Notes under the pieces: model-generated | Told to the model about the DNA's origin: nothing | Database searches by the model: none | Seen by the model: only the letters and a program-made list of their open reading frames with translations | Part shown: positions 45,432 to 58,323 of the stretch, one piece after another | Position numbering within the stretch: the first letter of the stretch is position 1 | Layout: each line of letters starts with the position of its first letter | Position numbers and translations under genes: made by a program | Assembly (NCBI RefSeq): GCF_027921745.1 | Contig: NC_079240.1 | Coordinates: forward strand, 310,001-374,000 | Origin: Schizosaccharomyces osmophilus | Lineage: Eukaryota | DNA length: 64,000 nucleotides | Direction: 5' to 3'

Positions 45432-47159
45432 ATGTCTGATAGCATTAATTTTCGTGAGGCTGGATACAATTTTACTACGATTCTCAAACGGTAAGTTCTG
45501 TCATAAACATGCATCCATTTCGTTCTCCGCCAAATCCAAGTGTCACTAATCCCGGGTTTGTTTAGATTGGAAGCGGCAACCTCTCGTTTAGAGGATCTAG
45601 TGGAAAGCGGCCATCAGCCTCTTCCCAATTTGCACCGAGCTTCCAGAGACCATAATGCCCAAACCCACAGCATTTCGATGAACTCCCATACTTCCCACAA
45701 CGGTACCAATAGCCCTGCCATCGCTGCTGTCCGGGAACACTCGTCTCCAAACGTAACACCTCGCCATAGTTCCAGCAACGGCAAGTCGGATTCTAGTTCT
45801 CCTTCCATTGCTGCCTATGACGAGTTCTGTTCCAAATACCTCAACGAATATGTTCAATCAAGTAAAAAGCTTGGTGGACTTGTCCAACAACAAAGTGAAC
45901 ACGTCGAGAATGCATTCAAGCTCTTGCGCGGCATCTTGGTCGTCGCCATGAAAGCAAAGAAGCCTGAATACGAGTCCCCTGAATTTTTTGAGTTTTTGAA
46001 GCCCATTCAATCCGAGCTTCTTAGCACGACCAATATCCGTGATGAACACCGTACGGATCCTTTGTTCAACCAACTCTCTACCGTCATGAGTGGTATTAGC
46101 GTTTTGGGTTGGGTCACCATTGAACCTGCACCTGTCTCTTTCATGTCTGAAATGAAGGATTCCTCTCAATTCTACGCAAACCGTGTTTTGAAGGATTTCA
46201 AAGGAAAAGACGAACTTCAGGTTTCTTGGGTCCGTTCGTACCTTACCCTGCTGACGGAACTTGTCAACTACGTCAAGACCCATTACAAAACCGGCTTGGT
46301 CTGGTCCAACAAACCTGACGCTCCTCCTTTGAAGGATGTTATGAAAAACGCTGCCAACAAGCAACAACAAGATGAATCCTCAGGAAATTCATCTTCAAGC
46401 GGAGCTGGTGGGTTGCCTCCCCCACCACCTCCTCCTCCACCATCGAACGACTTTTGGAAGGACAAGGAAGAGACCAAGGGAGATGAAAAGACCGGCATGG
46501 GCTCTGTCTTTGCCGAAATCAATAAAGGAGAAGTCATCACCTCTGGCCTCCGAAAAGTCGATAAGCATGAAATGACCCATAAAAACCCTGATTTACGAAA
46601 GACCGGTCCTACACCCGGTCCCAAACCCAAGACTACCTCTTCCGGAGTTAAGGACGAATTAGCCGTTCCACCGAAGCCAGCAAAAGCTCCTCGCATTGAG
46701 TTGGAAAATACCAAGTGGTTTGTTGAAAATCAAGTCAACAACCATAGCATCGTCTTGGAAGGCGTTGAGTTGAAGCACACTGTGCAAGTCATCGACTGTT
46801 CCAACTGTACTTTGATAATCAAGGGAAAGCTTAATGCAGTTTCCTTGTCAAATTGCAAGCGTACAAGCGTTGTCGTGGACGCTTTGGTTGCCGCTTTTGA
46901 CATTACCAAATGTAGTAATTTTGGTTGTCAAGTCATGGACTACGTACCTATGATTGTCGTTGATCAATGCGACGGCGGAGCCGTTTATTTGAGTAAAAAC
47001 TCTCTCAAAACAGAGATTACCACTAGTAACTCTTCCAGTTTGAACGTTAATGTTCCTACTGAGGATGGAGACTATGCTGAACGCGCTATTCCTGAACAAA
47101 TCAAGCATAGAATTAACGAAAAGGGAGAACTTGTTTCCGAAATCGTTCGTCACGAGTAA
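45432..47159 (+). CDS. cap1: Adenylyl cyclase-associated protein Cap1 (Srv2), 2 exons (550 aa)
   Basis: Exon 1 is 45432-45490, intron 45491-45565 and exon 2 45566-47159. Features are RLEAATSRLED, polyproline, a WH2-like segment (GLRKVDK..THKNP) and a CARP domain. Confidence 0.96.
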
Positions 47160-48216
47160 ACGCAAAGTATGAATAAGAAATGAGTATATGGCATAAATTG
47201 TTTTTGGATGAACCGCTTTTATCATTTCTTTAAGAAGTATATAAATATGAATATAAATGTATATTTATATTTATTTAATTTATGACAGGACGATGTACTG
47301 AGTCTCGATTCCCATAGGAAGCGTTTCCAATGAAATATCCGTGATGGTGAATTTCGTATTTTTATCATCCATTCAATGATGTCTTGTATGTTTTCTTTTT
47401 TTTTCTCGTCTTGGATGAACAGAGCGCTGAAAGGAAATGCGTGCTTTTATGAACTTTTGCCAATGCCGATCTTTTACGACGAATAATGTGAATGATGCTG
47501 ATATGTCTCGAGCTGTATGTGCTTTGATATACCAGTCTAGAGGAGGAAATATGGTTGTTTTCGTTTCTATATTTGTTTTTGTTAGAACCCGAAAGACTTC
47601 CATCCATCCCTCCGTTCCATCGTTATGCAATATTGCTTTTCAAAAGCAAAGATATTGACTGAACGTTCTTCTTACTTTTTCTTATAGAATATTACAATTT
47701 TGTTTAATAATATAGAGTACGAATTTTTAAACGTTTCTTTGATTCATGCGACACTATCAACGGTAATTTTTTTCTTTCTTTTGCAAATTCGTTCCTTTCT
47801 TGCATTAAGTGAAACAAGCTAAAAGGAAATGTATGGTAAATCTATACAAGAAAGAATCGTAAAACGAAGGATCGGTTGATGAAAAACTAATGACTGTCTA
47901 TTGTTGATATTCGGCATTAACATTTTGCTTTTCTAAACAAAAAGCGAGGATTCGTAATTTCCTAAAATGAGTAGTGGGGAGCGAATGCTTCGGTACTAAA
48001 ACGAAGGCTTGTTGGTCGATATTCTTTGCTCGGGTATGGAGCGTATTATGGAATACGTAAAACGTCAGTTCGTGAGCGGATGCTTCCGAAGAGTATATAT
48101 ACGTGATGGGAAGAAACCAACTTTTCCTTTACCAAATCCCCCTCTAAAGTAATAAACGCAGACAGAAAAGAAGACTCCGGTTTTCCATTCATTATAAAAA
48201 CGATAAACCTTTCAAG

Positions 48217-48622
48217 GTAAGTTGCTTCGGAATTGCAGATGGAAAATTATTCACAATGGGCTTTGTTGCAAACGATGTGATGTTCAAGTATGAATAGAGC
48301 ACAGAGCATAGTGTATATGGTAGAACTACAAGAGTAGGATCATCGGTCAGAGTCGAAGAAAGAATGCTAGTGAGAAACTAGGAGAGGATGAATACGGAAC
48401 GGAGGAGAGCCGTACAAAAGTACGCTTTGCTTGTATAGGAGGGCTGTTTCGATTTCTTTCTTTCGGTTCATGTCTCTTGTTTCATCTTGTAGTTATCTGC
48501 TTTCTTACCCTTGGAATTATGCCCGCGTCTATATTCAGTGTGAAAGAAGTAACATTATGCCCAGTGATATCATTGCATACGAGAAAATCAAGCCGAAAGA
48601 GTTGCGCTAACACTTCGTGTAG
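48217..48622 (+). other. Predicted 406-nt intron in the mdh1 5' UTR
   Basis: AG|GTAAGT donor at 48217, GCTAAC branch at 48606 and TAG acceptor at 48620-48622, 26 nt before the ATG. TATATATA lies at ~48094, upstream of the donor. Confidence 0.65.
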
Positions 48623-48648
48623 AAAAGCTTAAACGTGTTCTTAGAAAA

Positions 48649-49671
48649 ATGATGTATAAAACAGTTTTGCAAAGAATGGGCATGAAGACATGCATGCCTC
48701 GCCCTTTTTCAACTAGCTCTAGACTTAATTACAAGGTAGCTGTTTTGGGTGCCGGTGGTGGTATTGGCCAACCTTTGTCCATGCTTTTAAAGACAAACAC
48801 AAAGGTCTCTGAATTGGCTCTTTTTGACATCAAGGGTGGTCCTGGTGTTGCCGCTGATATCGGCCACATCAACACCTCTTCCAATGTTAACGGTTATTCC
48901 CCTGATGACAAGGGTCTTGAAAGGGCTTTGAAGGGCGCTGATGTGGTTGTCATTCCCGCTGGTGTTCCTCGTAAGCCCGGTATGACCCGTGATGATTTAT
49001 TCAAGACCAACGCCTCTATTGTTCGCGATTTGGCTTTTGCTGCTGGTGAAACCGCGCCTAATGCCAAGTATCTTGTTGTCACAAACCCCGTCAACTCCAC
49101 TGTCCCTATCTTCAAGAAGGCTTTGGCTCGTGTTGGCGTTCACCAACCTAAGCACTTGTTTGGTGTCACCACGTTGGATTCTGTCCGTGCTAGCCGTTTT
49201 GCTTCTCAAGCCACCAACGGTCTTGCTGAAATCCTCCGTATTCCCGTTGTCGGTGGTCACTCAGGTGCTACTATTGTCCCCCTCTTGTCTCAAGGACGCG
49301 TTGATTTGACTGGCGCTGACCGCGATAGCCTCGTTCATCGTATTCAATTTGGTGGTGACGAAGTTGTTAAAGCCAAGGCTGGTGCCGGAAGCGCTACCTT
49401 GTCTATGGCTTACGCCGGAGCCCGTATGGCCTCCTCTGTCATCCGTGCTTTGGATGGCGAATCCGGTGTTGAAGAATGCACCTTTGTCGAGTCTCCTTTG
49501 TTCAAGGATCAAGGTATCGACTACTTCTCTTCCCGCGTCACTTTGGGCAAGGATGGTGTTGAGACTATCCACCCTGTTGGCCCCATCAATGAATACGAGG
49601 AAGGTCTTCTCAAGGTTGCTCTTGGTGATTTGAAGAAGAGCATTGAAAAAGGTGAACATTTTGTTGCATAA
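48649..49671 (+). CDS. mdh1: Mitochondrial malate dehydrogenase
   Basis: Presequence ending [10 protein letters not shown], then [42 protein letters not shown] and AGSATLSMA. Confidence 0.96.
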   Translation: MMYKTVLQRMGMKTCMPRPFSTSSRLNYKVAVLGAGGGIGQPLSMLLKTNTKVSELALFDIKGGPGVAADIGHINTSSNVNGYSPDDKGLERALKGADVVVIPAGVPRKPGMTRDDLFKTNASIVRDLAFAAGETAPNAKYLVVTNPVNSTVPIFKKALARVGVHQPKHLFGVTTLDSVRASRFASQATNGLAEILRIPVVGGHSGATIVPLLSQGRVDLTGADRDSLVHRIQFGGDEVVKAKAGAGSATLSMAYAGARMASSVIRALDGESGVEECTFVESPLFKDQGIDYFSSRVTLGKDGVETIHPVGPINEYEEGLLKVALGDLKKSIEKGEHFVA

Positions 49672-50109
49672 ACTACTTTAGCGAACTCTCCACTTGCTAT
49701 TCCAATCGTTCTTTAGTCTTAACGCAATTTGTTAATGATATCTATGCCTAGACGAAAATTCGTTTTATTTTCTTGTATTCCAAACTCGTAATGTTTTTAC
49801 TTTCTACCCTACTGTGGATTTTTATCGCTTTTCGTATCCACTCAACTGTAAATGCAATTGAACATTCCTAGGTGCTGTAGCGTATTCCAAATTAAATCAA
49901 AGGTTAGCAGATTTTTATTCATAAGGCCATCAAAATTATAAATTTATTTGTATTTTTCCAGAGAAACCAATTTTGAGGTTTTCATTGGGGGTCTTTTCAT
50001 TCTTTACTTTGTCTGCATTTACGACGTCTCAAGGCGAAGTTAACGAAATTCTCTTACCAAACCAGTAGACACACCAGAATTCTGTCAACTCTTTAATATA
50101 TGATATAGA

Positions 50110-51209
50110 ATGCCATTGAAAAGAAAAACGGATTACAAATCAATAGAAAAACTTGATCAAAAATCGGTATATACATCTTTCGTGTTTTTCGTGGAAAGAG
50201 AGGATGTACTAACAAAATTGTGCAGGTTGAAAAGGCTTCGGCAGCTTTACTACAATATGTGAAACGAAAAGGGTACAATCCTGAGAAAGAAAGGATATAC
50301 TTACAAATTAATACATTTCATCCGCCTGAAAACGAATCGCTAAGGAGGCCCAGTAAAATGTAAGTAAAATAGTTTTTAAGGGTCGACAATTCAATGATTC
50401 ACGCCTATCGAGAGTTGAATTTCCTGAGCTGTTTCCTTTAGTAGGAATGGTCGTGTTGATTTTGGTTGCTGAACATTGGCACATTTCACAAGGTTTTGTT
50501 CTGACTCTTTAGGGATTGGCCAAACATCAATTCTTTTTACTAACGTTATACTAGTTTTCTTCCTAATCGTGTCTTACATGCAGAAGATGCCTGCTTGTTT
50601 GTGAAAGGCTCTCAGCAGCAATTGCAGGACGAGGTAGAAAAGCAGGGGTTGGACGAGATTATCACAAAAGTCATTAGCATTGCAAGGTTGAAGTTAAAAT
50701 ACAAGACTGTGAAAGAAAAATGTCAGTTACGTGATTCCCACACATTTTTTTTCATGGATAAACGAGCTGCAAAGGACGTGACAGCATTGATGGGTATGGT
50801 GCTTGCTCAAAAAAAGATTAAAACTTTTCCGATTTCTGTAGATCAAAAGAAAGACACGATTCGTCATCAGGTCGCTCGTTGCTTGCATTCTACCTATTTT
50901 CAATTATCCGCTGGTACAAGTCATACTATTCTATGCGGGCTCGCTTCTCAAAGCACCGACCAGTTACGCCAAAATATTGAAGCCATATTTCGTTCTTTGT
51001 TAGGAAATTTCATTCCTAGAGGATGGAATGCAATCGATAATGTTGCTGTAAAGACAGCCGACAGTGCCTCTCTTCCTATTTGGCACTCAGATCAGGCAGC
51101 CGCTGAGTATAAGAGGAACGCTGTTCATATCCAAGATAGCCGTCCTCCTACCAAAAAGGAATTACGAGCAATGCAAAAAGGAATTCAAGTTCCTAATAAA
51201 CCCCTTTAA
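50110..51209 (+). CDS. utp30: Ribosomal-L1-domain SSU processome protein Utp30, 3 exons (~281 aa)
   Basis: Exons are 50110-50166, 50226-50359 and 50555-51209; introns are 50167-50225 and 50360-50554. L1-like domain with WNAIDNVAVKTADSASLPIW. Confidence 0.83.
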
Positions 51210-51659
51210 AACAGTTTTTTTACAGCTGTTGTTTGGTTGATTGGCGTTTAAGCCGTGTACTGTCTGTTTATCTTACTAGACGCTGGCTTTTTTGCATGGT
51301 TTTGGTATATATTTGGAAAAATTACAGGGTAATCGGTTCATTATTCGTTTCAGCAAACTCAAAAGTCTCTTTTTTAGGCAGGTATTTAATAAGAACATGG
51401 CTTTTGCTTTTTGCCAGCAAGAGTTTTAAAATTAGTTTACAATTTACAAAAAAAAAAAGAAAGAAAAGATCTCAATTTCATTATATACATTTAAAACTAG
51501 TTTATTATGTTCATCCAAGCTTTTTTTCATCGATCTCCTTTATAGTGATATTAACATAAGGGAAGTTTGGTTTCGTTCTGTACCTCCCATTTCAAGCAAG
51601 CTTGGAATTCTTGAGGAAAGATTTGATTTTTTTGAAATTGAGACGAATCCAATTTTATT

Positions 51660-52661
51660 ATGAACTTTTGGAATCTTTCTTTGCTTTTCTACATTTCGGC
51701 TGCGGTCGCTTTCCAAGATACTTATCCATTATTTGCATTTTCGTCATCTTCGTAAGTCCAACATGTACCAATATCAAGGCTTGCAAAGCTAACAATTATT
51801 TTAAGAGCTGTAATTGATGCAAATGAAGGACCAGTCTTAACTTCCTACTCGAATTTCAACAATAAGGCAGAACAATTCCTGTCAAACTGCGATGCTACCA
51901 CTGTTTTCATTTACCAGCCTGGTCTTCAGGCTGAAGACTTTCACTCTTCTGCTTTATCTAATATGAAACGTATTTCCTTGGACGCTGAATCTCAATACAT
52001 CTTACCCTATTCCAAGGAACGTTTACATCCTGATGGACTTATTTACGATGCCAAAGTTTCTTGCTCTTCGAGAATTGTAAATATCGACCCTACTCATGAG
52101 TCATTTCCTATTTTAGAAAAAAACCAAATTAGTGTGATTTCTATGAAGGATTTGTCTTTAGGTGCTAAATCACGCGAACAAGAATTATTTGAGTTGGATC
52201 AGGTCATTTATTCGCTCTATTCAAGTATTCCTGATGATATTGAGTATACCTTTTTCCTGACTTCCTCTCCAAAGTTTGCAACCGTGCAAGTGTCAGAGGA
52301 CAACAACACCAAACAAAAGGAGGACGAAGATGAGGAAGATGAATCTTTGAATATGGAGTCGAATTACTTCGTGAGTATGAATCGTCTTCGTCATGCACAA
52401 CCCATTTCCCTTCCCGTCGAAAATATGAACGATCGCGGCAATTCTCAAGTTCGTAACCAAGATAATCAAAGTGTATCTACTACTGACGGCAGCTTATTCG
52501 ATCGCTATCAATTTTTTACTCCGGGAATTTTTATGGGATATCTAGCTCTAGTGGTTTTGGTGCCTACTTTGATCATTTCTTGCAAATTGCTCTCATCCGT
52601 TCAGATCAGCTACCATGCTTTTAGCAGCCCTCGTAAAAAGAATTTATCTGTAAAGCAATAA
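51660..52661 (+). CDS. big1: BIG1/Ac45-family ER membrane protein, 2 exons (~315 aa)
   Basis: Exon 1 is 51660-51751 (signal peptide plus FQDTYPLFAFSS). Intron is 51752-51805. The C-terminus has LFDRYQFFTPGIFMG, a TM helix and ISYHAF. Confidence 0.85.
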
Positions 52662-53385
52662 TAATTTTGCTAATGCTAATTTCCACAAAGCGTTTCGCAG
52701 ATGCTGTGCTTTTGATTTATGGAAAGCAATGAAAAAGTACTGTTACTTGCTTGGTATGAAAGACAATTTTAAAAGAATGGGTCCTGTGATCCTAAACTGA
52801 TTCTTGCCCGATGATTATTCTATGAGAATGATAAATGGACTCAAATTGAACAATCGAGAAATATAAATTTGCAGTTTTGCTACTATGAAAACAGATTCAG
52901 TGCGAAACATGGCTAGAAAATGGCGCTAGATGTTTTACTGCTTGTTAGTCGCCCAAGTAAACAGATTAAATTGTCAAGCAAATTGATTTGATTACTTTTG
53001 CAATTTTAGAAAATGCCGTTCACCACATCGGAAAGGCTACAACGTGATGACGATTCGATTCTTTCACTAGAGATACTAGATGATGCATAATTCTCGACAA
53101 TGTTGTTTGAATCAAGTATATGATGGTTCGAATTAAGAAAGAATCAGATGTTGAAATTACACACTATTTTGTTTCATATTTATTAGATAAATAATATCAA
53201 TTCTCGATGTTTCATTTAGTCTTCCTATACATGAATTCAAGTATCATGGTTCTGCCATCACCAGTATTGCTTGCTGGTAGCCCTTCGTTAACCAACTTTG
53301 AACCTGCTTGTTTACAATTCCTTAAACTACTGAGAAAATCAATCTTAAATTCATTAAAAGTTTAGAAGAACACCAGTGGACCAAT

Positions 53386-54376
53386 ATGGCTTCTCAAAAA
53401 GTGTATCGGCCTCATCCTCGATATGCTGAAGGATTTCCCAGTCAGGCAAACATGAAACGCTCCATCTCGGTGATGTCTTTTACATCGTTGGATAATATGC
53501 GATCAACATTGTCCGGGTTATTCACTCCTTTAAGGCTAGAAGAAGAAGAAGAACAGGAAGAAGATGATGATTCATCCGTTCATGATTATGAAGACTACGC
53601 AAGTAAGCAGAAGGACGACGATCTCAAAAAAGAGAAAACAAAAAGGAGAATCATTTTGGAACCAAATTTATCCTTAAAGCTGTTATTCTTGAAGTTTCTG
53701 GCAATTTTTGGGCTAGGATCGATTTTTACTTATATGGCTGAAGGCATTCTCCAAGAAGCCAAACTGTCATCATTAACTGTTCGATGCGGAAGTTGGGTAT
53801 TTAAGCCGAATTGGTCTGTTGCTTTTGGACTTGTAGCTATAGGACTTGCAGTTGCATATCGTTTGATGGATGTACGATGTCCATCTGGTTCTTCCGCAAG
53901 GAGAACATCACAATCTTCACAATTTCAGATTCTTTCGAGATATCTTGCTGCTTTTGCTACTCTTCTTCTCACTATGAAAGTAAGGTGAATCTGTGGTTTC
54001 GTTTATCAGTGGAAGAAACCAATCAGTCAATGATACTCCGGCTAACTTTCGCTTTTAGAAATTATTGAGCACTCAAAGTACCCACTCTTCTTTTGTTGCC
54101 TTGGTTGCCAGCGCTGTCACTATTTGGTACGTGTTTGATCGTTCAAAAAACGGTTTCACCGTCTCGTGTATAATGAGTATTATCGGTAGCATAGCGTATT
54201 ATGCATTTGTTGATAGTACTCCATTCAGGTAAGTTTACATTGATTTTAGATTCTCGTACTTACATATTAGTCTTTTCGAAACCAACCCTTCAGAATACCA
54301 ATTTCGTTATTGGATCCCTATGATTCTTTTCTCTGCCTCAACAATAGTGGGAAACGCCGGCCGTCTCCTCTTTTAA
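53386..54376 (+). CDS. ins1: INSIG-domain protein, 3 exons (~289 aa)
   Basis: Exons are 53386-53979, 54059-54228 and 54271-54376. INSIG motifs WYVFDRSKNG and the C-terminal FSASTIVGNAGRLL appear only after splicing. Confidence 0.9.
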
Positions 54377-55563
54377 GTTTTTTTCACGATGGCTTATAAG
54401 TTCTGGACTCTTCAGTGTATGATTCTTTCAATTTTATGTTTGTATCTGTTATGACATTCTTCTAGAATATAATATGTATGGGCGATGGTTAAAGCACTGT
54501 ATATTTCTTTTTCAATTTACTGTATTCGATTTTATTTTTGGTTCTATATATCCTCGGGAAATGTTTACTTTTATTCATACGATGTTTCAATGGCTATTGT
54601 CTTCAGTTCATTCCTTTGGTCGTCAGCTATTACTTTTGTGAGTCATCTTGGTTCATCAATCCGAGAAATTAATTTGATTTTAGGCAGTAAATGAGAAAAG
54701 GTTAAATTATACTCGCTTCGTAAATTTTATGCCGGCGGTCGCTACATCTCTTCATTTTGCATTCTCATCCAGACTTGCACGCTAGAAGTTTCGCTGTAAA
54801 AGTACTACTGATATGTATAATTTACATACTATTTTATTCAATAAATACAACCATTCCGTTTAGAAAAGCTTGATTGAATATTTGTTTATATGACTCCCTT
54901 ATGTACTGAGACATAACCGTTTAAGTGTGCTGACGTGAAAACGAACAAGGTTATGAGACAAAGACAAGAGAACGCATCCTTTTTATTATTATTTTTGCTC
55001 AAAGAATAAAATAAAACCAATCTACCTTTTTTTTACGAAACTACTACCATTATTCCAGTCGCAAAAATTATTACTGTAAATTAATTCTTTTGTTTATTTA
55101 CTACTTAGCGTAATTTTCGTGTCTCACTATTTGCTCTTGGATTGAGAAACGTGGTGCGCTACTCAGTCATTACTTTACCTTTCTCCTATCCTTTGCCTGG
55201 GAAGGCAAGACAAGAGTTTGTATGTGATTGTTTCATCCTATTCTATAAAAAACACCTGTTGTGTAATTTTGACTCTACGGTTTCGTTTCGTTGGCTTTTT
55301 TGGCTTTGTTTACGTCTTGCTACAAATCGAACGCGATCCATGTGCATCTTTAATCATAAAACCACAATATAGTACCTGAATGGTTTCTGTTTAGGGTTTG
55401 GATAGATATATATACATATATATATATCGACATATGTTTATACGCAAGAACATTTTGCTTTAATTTATTTCACTGATATTGACTTGCCTTCTATAAGATC
55501 CTCCTATTCTACGTATTGATCCAGTCTATTACATATTTATCTGTGTAAATAAATTATAATACC

Positions 55564-58323
55564 ATGGACAACCTTCCTCCAAAACCGCCTTTCCAGAAGC
55601 CTAATCCACCACCTCCGAGAAATAATTACAAGTTAATTTACGACCCCGAGTTAGGTTATAAAGAATCCCTAGGAAAGAAACCAGTATACCGGTTCAACGG
55701 TATTGCTAAACCTCCCTTAGTGGTTCGTGACCCAAGACATAAAAATCCCCTCTATTCTCGCGGCATACCAAAAAGTGGGCGACCATTTTTAAAATCGCTG
55801 CAACAAGTCAAATTCGAATATAACGAAGAATCGCTAGGACCTGAACCAGCTACGCAAGTATTCGTTTATAATATCTCTCCTCTTGTAACAGCAGACCAGC
55901 TTCGATATCATTTCAAAACTTTTGGTGACATATCCCGATTAGATTTTCAATTGAATCCGTATACTGGCACATCATTAGGTTTATGTCAGATTACTTTTTC
56001 AAAACATGAATCAGTATCGAAGGCTCACTTGGCTGCTAAGCTTGCTGTCCAGCAAGCCAGCGGCCTCAAACTTTCTGGAAAGCAGCTTATGGTTGTTTTA
56101 GATGGTGATGGGGCGAAGTGCGAAGCTGCTCGAAACAAAGCGCTGCAAGTTATTGAAACCGAGTTTGCTGAAGAATTATACAAGCGAGAGCAGCAATTGA
56201 AAAAAGAAGAACAAAAAAGAGAAGAGGAAATGGAGGCTACTCGTGAAGTTTCAAATATACCACCATGGAGACAGACACAAAACAATTCAGGTTTTAATAA
56301 GAATCAAAATGTGGGTTTTGTTTCTTCAAATAAAGATCAAGCTTACTCTAATACCCCAAAAGCAAATGATACATCTGTCCCTAAAGATATCGAAAATCAT
56401 ATATATATTTTCATCGACGATAAATTTGTTCCTCCTGACCGTGTGTACTACTCCGATATAAAACACCATTTTCGGAAATTTCGCTATGAAGGTATATATA
56501 TGAATAGTGACGGGTTTTTTATTACTTTCAATAACTACCGCGAAGCGAGCAGTTGTTTTTGGACCCTTGACAAAACATTTGTCCAAAATTGTCGTATAAA
56601 ATTAAAACTTCACGATGCCCCAAAATCAAAGAAAAATGGAATACCTCCTATGGACAATAGGAAAAATTTACCGAAAGATGAGGCTTGTTCGTTGGCAATA
56701 TCCGTAATCTTCAAAGACTTGGAAGAGGTATTGGTTCGAGATATAAAGAACAAGATTGCAGGACCATGCATCTTTCAAATTTTGGAGTCACTTCCAAAAC
56801 CCATACCTATCAAGGAAGAAGGAAAAGAACCGAGAATATCAACTCCTGAGGGCCCTGAATCAATAAAAACAGAAGCAATATCAACATTGCCCCATTTACC
56901 CAGATTTAAAAAGCGAGCAGATGCTCACAAAGTCAAAGTTCCAACTGAGAATAAAATTAAATCAAAGCTGCAAAGAAGAAGAAGGAAAAAAATTGAGGCT
57001 CGGCCTTTGCATTATCAACTAAACCAACAAACCAATGATTTCTCTGATTCAGAGTTAGAACAAGAAGATGGGCTAGATGAAGAGAAGGCTATTGATGGTA
57101 AACTTGATGGTTACAAGCATACGAAGGTCGAAGAATCAACACCCTCTCTTTCAGAAACATCTGAAGATGAAGAATATTTTGAAAAGTTTCATCGGGGTCG
57201 CCCAAAGGCTCGTCTTCCTAGAAGGAAATCCGATAAACTTGATATAGATTATACTTCGTCTAGCGAAACCGAATCCGATGAACTTGTTTCTCCCGTTGTT
57301 ATTCCTAAGTCCCACATTGAAAGAAACAAGAAGCACGCTTTAGTGAAGGAACCTTGGGAGATTCACCCGCTAACGCCTAAGCACAAGGAAAATGAGTTTA
57401 GTGAGGATGGCAGTTTGTATTATGGCACGCTCCCCTATAACTACCCTGAGGATGATGTCTTGACTGACCTGGATGGAATACAGTTTTTGCTAAAAGACGA
57501 TCAAGATCTTCAATATTTGCGTGAGGCACTTTCATCAGAGGATGCCAGTGACATTGGAGATCCCAATTACTGGGCATACAGGCGAAAAATATGTAAATTT
57601 AAGAATGGCGATGTTCCTATTGAAGGTTCTCCCGTGCTACCAGCTTCGGTTGGTTATGAACGAATTAATTCTACTGGGTCTGCTAAAAGTGAGGGATACT
57701 ATATTATTCCCACTGCTGAAAAATCTCAATATCTACCGCTCCGTAATCGCTCAACAGTGGAGGGCGATAACCAGTCGACGAGCAGAGTAACCTCTAGAAT
57801 GCATCGTGTTAATAATCGTAGACTGGCAGCCGGTGTTGAAAAATCACTGCTTCCCGCGGAAGCTGATTTACTTCGGTTTAACGCATTGAAAGCTCGTAAG
57901 AAACAACTCAATTTTGGTCCAAGTCGCATTCACACTCTCGGTCTATTCGCAAGGGAACATATCGATAAGAACGACATGGTTATCGAATATGTGGGTGAAG
58001 TAATCCGCCAGCGTATTGCTGACAACCGTGAAAAGAACTATGTTCGGGAAGGTATTGGTGACAGTTATCTTTTCCGTATCGACGAAGACATTATTGTAGA
58101 CGCTACAAAGAAGGGAAATATAGCTCGGTTTATTAATCATTCTTGTGCTCCCAATTGTATTGCTCGCATTATCCGTGTGGAAGGAAAGAAAAAAATTGTC
58201 ATTTATGCCGATAGGGATATTATGCAAGGAGAAGAGTTAACTTATGATTACAAATTTCCCGAGGAAGCTGATAAAATTCCATGCTTGTGTGGTGCACCAA
58301 CCTGCCGTGGTTATTTGAATTAA
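55564..58323 (+). CDS. set1: Histone H3K4 methyltransferase Set1
   Basis: NYKLIYDPEL, RRM, n-SET (TGSAKSEGY), SET (ARFINHSCAPNC, GEELTYDY) and post-SET (CLCGAPTCRGYLN). Confidence 0.97.
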   Translation: MDNLPPKPPFQKPNPPPPRNNYKLIYDPELGYKESLGKKPVYRFNGIAKPPLVVRDPRHKNPLYSRGIPKSGRPFLKSLQQVKFEYNEESLGPEPATQVFVYNISPLVTADQLRYHFKTFGDISRLDFQLNPYTGTSLGLCQITFSKHESVSKAHLAAKLAVQQASGLKLSGKQLMVVLDGDGAKCEAARNKALQVIETEFAEELYKREQQLKKEEQKREEEMEATREVSNIPPWRQTQNNSGFNKNQNVGFVSSNKDQAYSNTPKANDTSVPKDIENHIYIFIDDKFVPPDRVYYSDIKHHFRKFRYEGIYMNSDGFFITFNNYREASSCFWTLDKTFVQNCRIKLKLHDAPKSKKNGIPPMDNRKNLPKDEACSLAISVIFKDLEEVLVRDIKNKIAGPCIFQILESLPKPIPIKEEGKEPRISTPEGPESIKTEAISTLPHLPRFKKRADAHKVKVPTENKIKSKLQRRRRKKIEARPLHYQLNQQTNDFSDSELEQEDGLDEEKAIDGKLDGYKHTKVEESTPSLSETSEDEEYFEKFHRGRPKARLPRRKSDKLDIDYTSSSETESDELVSPVVIPKSHIERNKKHALVKEPWEIHPLTPKHKENEFSEDGSLYYGTLPYNYPEDDVLTDLDGIQFLLKDDQDLQYLREALSSEDASDIGDPNYWAYRRKICKFKNGDVPIEGSPVLPASVGYERINSTGSAKSEGYYIIPTAEKSQYLPLRNRSTVEGDNQSTSRVTSRMHRVNNRRLAAGVEKSLLPAEADLLRFNALKARKKQLNFGPSRIHTLGLFAREHIDKNDMVIEYVGEVIRQRIADNREKNYVREGIGDSYLFRIDEDIIVDATKKGNIARFINHSCAPNCIARIIRVEGKKKIVIYADRDIMQGEELTYDYKFPEEADKIPCLCGAPTCRGYLN

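Noticed and set aside
49861..49882. GGTGCTGTAG resembling the 3' end of 5S rRNA
   Set aside because: Only about 10 nt match. The rest of the ~120-nt 5S sequence and a poly-T terminator are absent.
53124..53135. GGTTCGAATT B-box-like motif suggesting a tRNA
   Set aside because: No cloverleaf, A-box or acceptor stem can be formed around it.
55401..55436. Palindromic (TA)n tract upstream of set1
   Set aside because: Simple microsatellite or TATA-like sequence; the self-complementarity is trivial.
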